64,000 bases of DNA from Lytechinus pictus. Lineage: Eukaryota. The stretch covers positions 48,112,001 to 48,176,000 of the forward strand of contig NC_087251.1 in assembly GCF_037042905.1 (NCBI RefSeq). The letters are read 5' to 3'. The translations under genes and the position numbers were made by a program. Positions 53,621 through 64,000 of this stretch are shown one piece after another. Each line of letters starts with the position of its first letter. The stretch's first letter is position 1. The notes under the pieces are model-generated. The model was given only the letters and a program-made list of their open reading frames with translations. It was not told the DNA's origin and ran no database searches.

Positions 53621-54885
53621 ACACTGAAATTTGCCCGTAGATTGAAAAGCAAGACCAAACCTAAACCAGACAGGAACAGGCGTGGACACTCAGTCCAGTC
53701 TGAAGTATTTCCAAGCTAGATGTGTACAATATGTTTACAATTGTAATAATATACACATGATACCATCATCTCGGGCATTAGACACGCGGGGTTTAGGTTT
53801 AATTGTTTCAAAGGTAACAAAACTTTGTTTGGGTCATTATAATGTCCGAGCAATATGTCTATTAGGCCCCTAAATATTCACAAGACAGTGATGTGCAGCC
53901 TTGTACTTTGACAAACTATTCTCGTCTCAAATCCAAGGCCGGTCATTATACTTTACTCATGACAGCTCATCACAGGTCATTTGTAAATCTACACGTGAGG
54001 CCAAATAAATGACCTGCCACATGAACGCATGCAACCAATCATAACTTGTCATTAGTATCAACTTCGTCAACTTACAAGATCTCTTACCTACCTAGGAAAG
54101 CTCCATCAGATTTCGTCAGTCAAATAGCTCGTCTACAGTGGATCCGGCATCACACGCTGTCGTGGTTTATGGAAAATAAATCTAAATATGTCTTAACCAC
54201 TTTGATGGTAGTTGAAGGTTTAATTGTTCGAGGATAAGTAAGCACTGAATGAAAATTTTCCGTACATGATTTTGCAACACTATTTTCACACCCATGAAGT
54301 ATCACAGTGAGGGTCCTGTATGTGAACGATGTTCAAACATGTATGTGTAATCATGGGATTTTTTGGTTTTGAAAAATTCGACAAGCAAAAACAAAAAGGG
54401 GTGAAAAAAAAGTCTTCAATCCAGAATGAAAGTGAAAGTGGCGATTCCCCAGCACCCCGCTTTCATGGGCCATAATCACTGTTCATCTTCAAAATATTTT
54501 CGACTATGTGGCATTATTAATCAAGGTAATCAGTATCCTGATCTGAGATCCGAATCAAAATATTTGATGTAATTACATTCCTACCACGGTAGAATGTGAA
54601 TAGGTATTTTGTTCCTACCCTCTATCAATATGCCACATTAAGATGATGACAATGTTTTACTATTTGATTAACTCGTTCGCAGTGTTGCCCAAATTAATTT
54701 AGGCGACCTTGGAGGGTAAAGCAAGTTTCTCACTCACATTCGTTACAATTGACTTTCTAGAGTGTTCTATTCTTTCAATTCAACTTCAATGCATCGGCTC
54801 AAGAATAAGTGAGCAAATTAAACGAAATTTGTCCTTGTCACACGGCTATGTTGACGAATTTAGGCGTGATCTCTAGGTGTGTGCG

Positions 54886-55019
54886 TAGTCTAGATCTGGA
54901 CGTTAGTAGTTATTTGTTTGGAAATCCCTACATCAGTTCTCTCTCTTTTCACCTTCTCAGAGACTGGACTGATGTAGGAATTTCCATACAAATAACTACT
55001 AACGTCCAGATCTAGACTA
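54886..55019. mobile_element. TAG...CTA MITE with 9-bp TSD
   Basis: About 50-bp TIRs starting TAGTCTAGATCTGGACGTTAGTAGTTATTTG. GTGTGTGCG occurs at 54877-54885 and 55020-55028. Confidence 0.9.
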
Positions 55020-55330
55020 GTGTGTGCGCTGTGGTGACGTTGGCTGGATGTGTGTGAGTGCGTAAATGAGGGTGTGCGTGTGTATGAGTGGTGAGTATTT
55101 TTTTGTATATGACATAAGCTCCCACAAACTCCCATAAACCTCTCACCCTCATTCTCTCTCGCGCGCACACAGACACACCCACATCATAAACCAACAGCAA
55201 ACGCACAACTTGTCAAAAACACGTACCAGATCATATACATGTATTATTTGGTCATGGTTGCAATCGAAAGCATATACATTTCCTTTCAATTATATTTCTC
55301 GTCGAAAATCACGGGGCATATGTAATTATG

Positions 55331-55742
55331 CAGGGGTGGATCTAGTCTGCTATGCAGACTCTGAATGGCTCGTGAGATGGGATCTCAGCGCGCGGCGCCC
55401 CGGGGCGGCGCCACGCGCTGCTGCTGGTTTGCGAAGCACACCAGCCTGAAAGGGTGAGCGAAGCGAGCCATTTCTGCAGCCACAGTAGACTTAGTCTGCT
55501 ATGCATCAGCTGTGGCCTGTGATATACACACACTGCAGATGTGGGTTTACATTTGTAGTCTAGAGTGGATCCGGGTTTGACCAAAGGGGTTGGAGCAGTG
55601 GTGTACAAACATTTATTGTTAGGTCCTAAAAGTACAATGGTCACTTTCATAGAAACTAGAAGCATTTGCTTAGATAAAAATACAAGAAAAAGACAGTGAC
55701 AAAATACAAAAGTCTATTCCAACCTCCCTCGATCCGCCCGTG
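55331..55742. mobile_element. CAGGGG-type MITE with a nested TAG...CTA element (55343-55562)
   Basis: Host ends CAGGGGTGGATC / GATCCGCCCGTG. The insert is flanked by GGGTGGATC / GAGTGGATC (9 bp, 1 mismatch). Confidence 0.7.
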
Positions 55743-57661
55743 GGCGTGTGGTGAGGGTCGAAAACTCTGAAACAAAACAGATTTGAGTTAGATAGTCATG
55801 ATCAAAGGGACATGAATAATACCTTTGACAAGTATTCTCGGGTGTCCTTCGTGACACTTTGCACTCATTCAAGGATGATCTATCGTGGAGCAGTAAATGA
55901 ATATCAAGTGTTTATTTCAAAAATGAGAAAAGATATTGCATAAGCTCGAAAGAAACATTGTCATAACCATACTCCTGATGTTTTTTATGGGTATGTGAGT
56001 GTGTGGGGTAGGCTCATTAAAGTGGATTAAGAAGATACAATATGCTCAAAATCCAGATTGGGTAAATTATTTCCTGGCTTCCCTCTCCCCATCAAATCTT
56101 TTCCGCCATTAAAGGGACAGGGGGCGAGGTACATTGCCCTATCACTCACTAAAATTGCGGCCATGGATATAATACCATCGACTCTTGTAAAATGTAGATA
56201 GAAGAATGATTGATGAGGCGGTATTTGGGGGAAAACAATCTTTTTCGCGCTCAGGATGGAACCAGAGACAGTGTTTTAATACTGATTACGAGAGCCGAGA
56301 CAAATATCCTCAAAAAGTTTGATGCAACCGAAGAAGGGTTGTTTAATGTGAACAAACTACGGGCCCCCAAGGCGATGCAAGAAGTGGCGTCTGTTTTAGG
56401 AATCTCTTCGTACATTATCATTCCAAGATGTGCTATCAAGTTGCAGTACAGTCGCCAATGACAGAAAATGTTGTCTTAAAATGTTTTCTCTCCTTTCCCG
56501 TAATAACGTGCAAAACATCCTGACATCATTCGATCGAAAAAAGCATTATAATAAGGAATAGTATTAGAAATTAACATACAGACAACCATGGCTCTCGGGA
56601 ATAATCAACCATCGAACGTGAATTCGGTGAATAGATGCATGTTTACCGAAAACCAATTACGTGGTAAAATAAGTTGAGCGGTATGTGACTTGAGCAAGCA
56701 CATAAAGTTCAAATTGGCACAGTTAACAGAACTAGAATAAGTGTTCATCGTTTAATTATATATATAGAAGTATATAAAGTAAAATGTGCTTATTGGTGAC
56801 AGAGAAATACTAAAATCGCAGCAGCTTTTTAAAATTTATCTTTTGAAAACTTAAATCAGACATATTTGGATAAATTTGGCACCGCATCATGAACAATCAC
56901 ATTCGTCATCAATATTTTCTCCTCTTCTATCTTTCAACCTCTATTCCTAAACGTATAAGCAATCTTCAAAACGTTACCTTTTAACAAGAATGTATAGTTT
57001 CTGATAAGTACATGGACGATGAAATATTAAATATGATTAAGTGTAAAAAAAAGTTGAACTGGATGATAAAAGTTAATATTTGTTAAAATTCTATCAGAAT
57101 GGGACTGCTGACTGTTCTGGCCCTTCGGGGAAGTTGCATATGGGGAGGGTTCAGGTGCAGAGGTTCGGGAGGTTTTTTTTTAATATTTTTTATTGGGATC
57201 CGTTTTATGATTGCCTTGGTATTGCGTTGCACGATATATCGGTTGAAAAAATCTCTTCTTTTTATATTGAGATTTTCGCCACGTTTTAGCAAAAAGTAAT
57301 TTTTACATCGATTTTCCCAGCGTTTATTTGTCATTATAACTTTATTACAATCTTATGGAGTTGAATATCCGATACCAAATTTCCACTGGGATTACGGAAG
57401 TTGAAACTAGCCACGAAAAAAGTGACAAAAATCATATCACGAAATCTTAAGAGGTTTATATTTATCGATTTTCAAGATATTGTCTAATTATACTAGCGAT
57501 GCGGAAGCAGAAACTAATTTGCTGCTGCGAGGTAACTGTAAAACAAAAAGAAAGTGAGGAGCACTAGTTATTCATAAAATCATCAATCGAATTTCGAAGC
57601 TGGGGTATAGTCCCAATATATATGAAGTTAACAGCGTCAAGAATTATATCATGTATTTACG

Positions 57662-57703
57662 TTTTCCCTGATGAAGGGGAAGGACCACCGAAAATTTAGA
57701 AAA
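57662..57703 (+). ncRNA. Degenerate minimal hammerhead-like motif
   Basis: TTTTCC-CTGATGA-A-GGGG-AAGGA-CCACC-GAAA-ATTT-AGAAAA: canonical core, palindromic stem III, imperfect stems I and II. Confidence 0.45.
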
Positions 57704-58551
57704 TATAATTATTTGGAATTGACATTCAATGCAATCGAGTCAACATAAATTATATTGGATAAAAATATGACATAGGCTTGAAAGAGAGGAAATACCTAAC
57801 ATGCCTAAGAATGCCGATTCTTGGACATCGTAAGACGGTAAAGGTTGATGGTATCTGTCAGAGAAGGTATATGCATATCAGTCAATTAGTGTCAAAATTG
57901 AGATGATTCCCTTGTCCTGTCGCTTTGTGACCTCGTATTGTAGATACTATCGCATTATAATGGTCATGCGATGCGGTCCAGTCAGAATTAGTGATGACAT
58001 TTTGTGGCATTGTCCAAACTGTCAAAAAAAATGCTGATACATTCCCTTACCCGTCACTCCTGATATGAACTCATCGATATCATTAGAGAAAATTAAGTGG
58101 TGCATAGATACGTGGTGTGCATTTGATCATTTTTATTATTATTCTTATTTTCTTTTTTTTATTGGGGTGGGGTGTAATTTAACTATCGTGATACGAATAT
58201 ACTATCTTGCTGCTGGCTTACAATATACGGGGGACGGTAGATCCTTGCTCAATCTTATGTTTTGTGCTATTTTCGTCAGAGGAACATTAAGCCACTGAAC
58301 AGAGAAAACTTTAATGACGGTAACATTGATAGCCGAAATTATGATAATGACAATGATAATAATGATAATAATGTTATGATTATAATTTACTGTCAACATG
58401 CAAGACTAAGAAGAACCGGTAAATTTGTTCAAAAACTGCCAGATCACAAAATGTGGTGAGGGAGTAAAGAATATGTTAAAAGAGCTAGAAATGTGCAGCA
58501 AATTTTGATATACAGGCACTTCTACAAGCAATTATATATAGTTTCGTCATA

Positions 58552-58668
58552 AAGGGGCTTTCACAATTGCTCGTGCGATCGTTTGCGATCATTATTTTGG
58601 TCACAATTTATGTTGCACAGAATCGCAACGGTTGTAAGCAGTCGCACCATCAATTGTGAAAGGGGTTT
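58552..58668. mobile_element. Short MITE
   Basis: CTTTCACAATTGCTCGTGCGA / TCGCACCATCAATTGTGAAAG inverted repeats. Confidence 0.65.
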
Positions 58669-59519
58669 AATGAAGACGGTAGAGAAAACCGATATATCTT
58701 TAAATATTGCTGAAATAAATAACGACCATTCTGCTTTTTATGGGTTCGGGGAAGTGCTTGTTTGAACCGTTTATAATAAAATTACACTTACAATTATTAC
58801 ATTTTTTTAATCCTGTCTGTTTAAAAATTGTGTTAACAACAACGGGTCTTGAGGTAACAATCGTTATGACAAGAGACGCACAAGCAATGCCATTATTAAG
58901 TCCATGTTACTTTGTGTCCCCAAACGTTTTTGGTCTCTTGCTTGGAGATCAATCATGTTTTTACACCGCCTTCGGCGTGATCGAAGCTTCATGCCTGATC
59001 ACCATCTGTCTACTGACATAACAAAACGACTTAAAATAGAGCTGATGTTACTAACTGCATCTGCTTCCTCCAGCCACCAACCCCTAGCGAAACAAGAGAA
59101 TGATAGAAGGGAAGAAAGGATGATGAAAAAAGGAGGTGGTCGAGTCATCTTGATATCTCTAATTAATTCTTTCCAATTTTGTATTTCCTTTTGTACAAGA
59201 TGCTGTGAACTAGATCGGCTTGAGCCAAGAATTTGTTTGAATTTGCTTAAAATGATGTTCACAATTTCATCGATATCCGCAAACTATTACAAAATTGGAA
59301 TATTATGAATATGGGGCGGAGGATGAGGGTGGAAAGAATTGGTCTATAAAATCTTGTCGTATTCAAAACGAATTTTTTTTTGGGTCTCCTACCACCAAAG
59401 CCGAAAAGCAGGAAAAGGGACGATGATTAAAAAGAACGCTGAAAATAAATTCCGTTACAATTCCAACAACTTTAAGCCCCAAAAAATAATTATCATCTCT
59501 ATTCGCCAGTACTTAAAAC

Positions 59520-59642
59520 GGAAGAAATAGCGTAGGAGGAAGAAGACAAAGAAAGGACAAGAAGAAAGAAAGAACAGACATGAAGGAAAGAGAGAGAAAA
59601 AAGAAGAAACCGTAGAATCGGAAGAAGAAAAAAAAGAGAAGT
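59520..59642. repeat. Purine-rich (GAA) low-complexity tract
   Basis: GAAGAAAGAAA runs. Confidence 0.75.
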
Positions 59643-61002
59643 TCTTATTATATAGCTGAGTGCTGGTTATAAAAGACGTGACATTTGTGCGAGTAACGAT
59701 GATGTCAAGGATACTACGCAAAGAATGACGAAATTGGTGGTAATAGGGATAATGAAGGAAATATTTATCAGAATTTGAAGAGGAAGAGGCAAAGAAAGAA
59801 AAGTCTGCCAAAGGTTGTACCAGAAACGACAGATTCACGATGCAATAGAAATGTTCATTAAAATATATAAGCTGTTACATTACAGGACTGTCACTTAGGT
59901 GTAATATAGTCAAAAGTAAATGGAGTAATCTTTAGAGGAAGATTTATACTAATTCTGAAAACGAAAATAGCGTCATTCTATGACCTTTTCATGTAAATCA
60001 AAAGCATTTGAAAGGAAAAAAAAGGAAGCAGTTATGGTTATGCTCAATACCTTGAGTAAGTCGCCTAAATGTCTAAATGCAAATCCAGTTCTTGCAATCG
60101 GAAATAACTGGGGGTGTCAAAGTGCTTTGCTAATCCATTATTTTGCTTTCTACCGCCTTCACTTCTTCCGTAGATAGGAAACAGTGAGACAATCGGGGTA
60201 GCAACCAAATTGACCACGACTCATTGCTCCAAATTCCCGCCGTCCTTCTTCCCGTTAAGAAACAATTTTCCAAATCAAAATTTGAATATTCTTCTTTAAA
60301 TTCTCTGCTTGATATTTTTGTAATATGTATTTTTGTCTTTCTCGACAGATATCATCGTAATCTTTAGATGGGCTACTCTTAAACCGTCATTTCAAGATTA
60401 TGACAATAAACGAAGATGGTGAACAAATATCCGTTAGAGATATACGGTAGTTGGAACTATGATGGATCCCGAAGGACGCAATTGCGTCGCTGAGGGGACC
60501 AGCCGATGGAAGGCCATATATACTTGGTGTACATGTATATTCATTATCATGAGGAATTCCGGGGCGGTATTCTGAACATTGTCTTTTCTCGCCGATTGAT
60601 AAATTGTATTTACAACATTTGATAAAGGTGCAGTGATCGATCATTGCGTTTATACGATTAGCAAAGCACTTTTTATCTTTTTTTTCTCTCTTATCATTCA
60701 TACATCTTGTTAATATTTCATTTTGTAATTGCTGAAACGCATTAGTATTAATTTCTAGTATCTTTGAAGTTTGATGTATAGTTTGTATAATTATATTTGT
60801 TATGGATTTATTGTATAATTTATAATCATGTTTCAAATAGTTTGTACAACTACAACTTGCTTATGGAATGTGAATGTTTATTTTGATTTGAGAGAATACA
60901 ATAAAACATCCTTTAAAAAAAAATCGTACGATCAATCGCTAGGCTTTGGATTAAAGAAGTCATTAAAGAATTGGAAAAGATTATCAAACTCAAAAAATAC
61001 GC

Positions 61003-61228
61003 AATGGAGGTGCTGTGGCCGAGTGGTCTAAGGCGCCTGACTATACATGGAAAGTCCGGGGTTCGATCCCCGGCCGCGGCACCTATGCCCATGAACAAGA
61101 CATTTAATTTACAATGCTCTCTTATCCTGCTTTCAAATAAATGAAAATGCTATATGCATTATTGGTAACTAGGTGTGCACTTGTTTTTAAAAAAATATAT
61201 ATACATATATTTAAAAAAAATAAAAAAT
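61003..61228 (+). mobile_element. tRNA-derived SINE with 10-bp TSD
   Basis: A-box GTGGCCGAGTGGTCTAAGGCG, B-box GGTTCGATCCC, A-rich tail. AAAAATACGC occurs at 60993-61002 and 61229-61238. Confidence 0.85.
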
Positions 61229-61329
61229 AAAAATACGCGCACTGTTGCAATCTCCATGCGATTGCCCCGCCCATCAAGCTGTAGTTTTCAAACTACAGCA
61301 CGGGGTATTATTCACGGCTTGTGACATTA

Positions 61330-61532
61330 GGGCCCCGTCTTACAAAGAGTTACGATCTATCCCATCAACCTCTCAACTGTATGGAAATCCATCAATGTCG
61401 ATCATAATATTTTCTAAAGGTAATCAACACAATGTCCTTTGTAAACAAAGGGGAGCACAATTAATAAATGATGAATGCATAAATATGCATCATTATCTTT
61501 AAAAAATCGTAACTCTTTGTAAGACGGGGTCC
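61330..61532. mobile_element. Internally deleted copy of the 10440 MITE, opposite orientation
   Basis: GGGCCCCGTCTTACAAAGAGTTACGAT / ATCGTAACTCTTTGTAAGACGGGGTCC. Confidence 0.85.
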
Positions 61533-64000
61533 TGATGTCGCGATTTGTGGTACTTTCCCCAATTTCCTGCTAGCGATTGGAACAATCTTTTGTCACAAGT
61601 CATGACGAGGTTTAGACTCCGGGGTCCAGACCAATCGGCTGTTCAGATTATTATTATGACGGATATAAAACGCCATAGTCGCTGCAGTGAGCACAGTCAA
61701 AAGCTCCAGTGGTTTCTCCAATGACGTCCTTGTAGCGACAACTAGTTTTACAGCACCTAAAGTCATCCCTCAACTCATTGTTTATGCTCATCACGTTGTG
61801 AACTACGAACAAAGGACATTTGTAAATCTAAATATGCATTTTCATATCACCACAACTAACACAATTGCATTGCGTAGTTTTTACATGAATGACGCCAACT
61901 CAGAGGTTTACTTTAGGATAGTGCCTTTTTTGTATCCGTTCGACTGTTTGTCGAAAGGATGACAGGAAACGTTGAAAAGGTGATTTACCCTTTCCTCTCT
62001 ACATTGACAAGTTTTTCAATGTCAAGATTAATGATAACTTTCCCTCATCTTAATTGATGTACTACCCACGCCCGTGCTATTTACAGGTGACTATTTTTAC
62101 ATATAAATCTAATCTTCATTGGGAGGAAATTGATCTTTATTATCAAAGAAACGCAAAAGCTTGAAAAGGGAATTGTATTGATAATAGCTGCCCTAATTAA
62201 ATTAAGGATGATTAAAGTAAGATCCAGTACTTATTTGTATTGGAAGATGTGTGTGTCACCGTCCGAAAAACTTGACCAGGGTTCGAACCTCTGCATCAAC
62301 TTCCACCGAGTAAATTGTGTTACAGGCGCATGGCACAACGCCAAGATCATCCAAAAAATATTTTAAATCCTATAAATAAGTGGTGACCGTCATTGAATTT
62401 GTTCATTGATCTTTTTCTTAATTTGAATTTGAACGTTAAATTGGATTTAGCGCCATCTCCCGGCAATGCTTTAATTTCTTTTAATGGAGCAGTCTCCCCT
62501 GAGATTAAATTGACTTGAATAAAGAGAAGCACAGCGCTGAAAAATTCATCAAATATCTGATGGAAATAATATAGCGTTTATGTATTGTTCAGAAAAGATA
62601 CAATAAACGACGAAGCGTTAAATGATCGGGATTATGATTAAAGTAGGTTTGTTTTCAGTTTATACGAATTATCATCAATAAAGGGTCACTTTTCGTAATC
62701 GAATAAATGGGTCATGATAAAAAAATAACCCTTCAGACAAGTGACCCTTAAGTAGAATCTACGATGATTGGCCCCGAATGCATATTATGATTAGTACTTT
62801 TTCTTTAGCATTATGAATAATGACCCTAATGTCGGATCATTTATAGTGTTTTTAATAGTGGTGCTATGATTAATTACCCTCATGGTGAGCTACAAGAAGT
62901 GAATTTAAATAATGGTCATCATGGTCCATTGTGTATAGTGACTCCCTTTCCGTTTTATGCCTTGAGGACCCTCGGGTATAGGCACTAGTGGCCCCTATAT
63001 TATGGCGAGTGGTGTTCATGACCGCCGGGTTTGCGGCCCCCATTTATTCGCCCGGCATATTTCCATATCTCCTTTTATTTGTTTATTATGAAAAAAAAAA
63101 TATTTTTTTACAATTATCAAATAAGAAAACATATACAGTTATATGAAACAAACTAAGTAATCATTTTATTGTGATTTGATTGATATCATATTTATCAAGA
63201 CATGCAGAATATGAACCAAAACAAAATATGTAATAGAGTTCATATATTGGGAATGACTTTGTGACTTCATGCAGGTTCCTTCTATTCCTATTATGATTTA
63301 TACTGTTGTATAATGACAGAAATTTAACCAAAGAATAAAAAGTGACGTTAAATTCTTATTTTATACATCTGATTTTGTATTGTTTTCATAATGGTTTAAC
63401 TTTTGTTTTGGTGGTCATAATTACAGGATGTAGATGTGGATTTTCAAATCGACGAGAATTTTATATATATTTCGTATTATAATGTTACAATCAGGGATTC
63501 TCCCAACTCCCTGATACAATGTAGAGATATTCATATAATGATATCATGGTCATTTCACAAGAAGTAATCACAAGAAATATTGGCTGGCCTATCACTATAT
63601 GATCCAAAAAATATCCTATAAGGACTAACCTTTAAAACCCTCAAAATGATTTTAGCCAGTATTGAGGGGGGGGGGGGGGGAGTTATACAGTGGATATGAC
63701 CTTCACTGTCATCTCGCCCTACAACTTCTTCACATGATGTACTTTCCGTTTCGTTCCATCGATCTGTCCAAAATGGGTCTTGAAGCGGCTCGGTCTCAGG
63801 TGGGAAGGTGTGTGACGTCACGTAATCACTCCCATGAGGTCACATGTACTCAGTCCATCATCTTTCCATCCCGATCCCTCTTTTTTTCTCTCTCTCTCTC
63901 TGTTTGTCTACCTTTCTTTTGTTCCCTTATTAAATATATTCCTATAATATCCTTTTATCCCCTACTTTTCCTTATCTATTTTTTATTGTGCCTTTTCCCC

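Noticed and set aside
56210-56461. 83-aa ORF as a coding exon
   Set aside because: No recognisable motif or convincing splice sites.
61005-61082. tRNA gene (also 47030 and 22640)
   Set aside because: Cloverleaf arms are imperfect, there is no immediate poly-T terminator, and each continues into a SINE body and tail (with a TSD at 61 kb).
1-64000. Conserved bilaterian miRNAs
   Set aside because: A scan by eye found only seed-length matches (e.g. AGGCAAGAT at 1682, TATTGCACTT at about 49754), with no full mature sequence or precursor. The scan was not exhaustive.

Overview
AT-rich eukaryotic (animal) genomic DNA. The repeat repertoire suggests an invertebrate deuterostome such as a sea urchin (inference only). 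I find no intact protein-coding gene. The ORF track is noise, apart from frameshifted non-LTR reverse-transcriptase remnants at about 1.95-2.56 kb, 12.8-12.95 kb and 52.9-53.6 kb. There is one assembly gap (2851-2987). A promoter-like motif cluster with a candidate minus-strand first exon lies at about 4.7-5.5 kb, so most of the window may be upstream/intergenic DNA. The rest is dense with non-autonomous DNA transposons (2, 3, 4, 8 and 9 bp TSD classes), a Helentron-like element, tRNA-derived SINEs and simple repeats. Most notable: (1) two identical 65-bp inverted copies of a minimal type-I hammerhead-ribozyme-like cassette, one flanked by a 13-bp TSD, plus a third unrelated hammerhead-like motif; (2) a three-layer SINE/MITE/2.1-kb nest whose core carries about 14 periodic GCGCGAAGCGC mini-hairpin motifs; (3) a SINE family sharing its 3' tail with the local L2/Crack-like LINE; (4) a higher-order 77-bp minisatellite starting at a SINE tail. 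Everything was read by eye, so coordinates are approximate unless a TSD is quoted, and superfamily labels rest on terminus/TSD patterns, not database searches.
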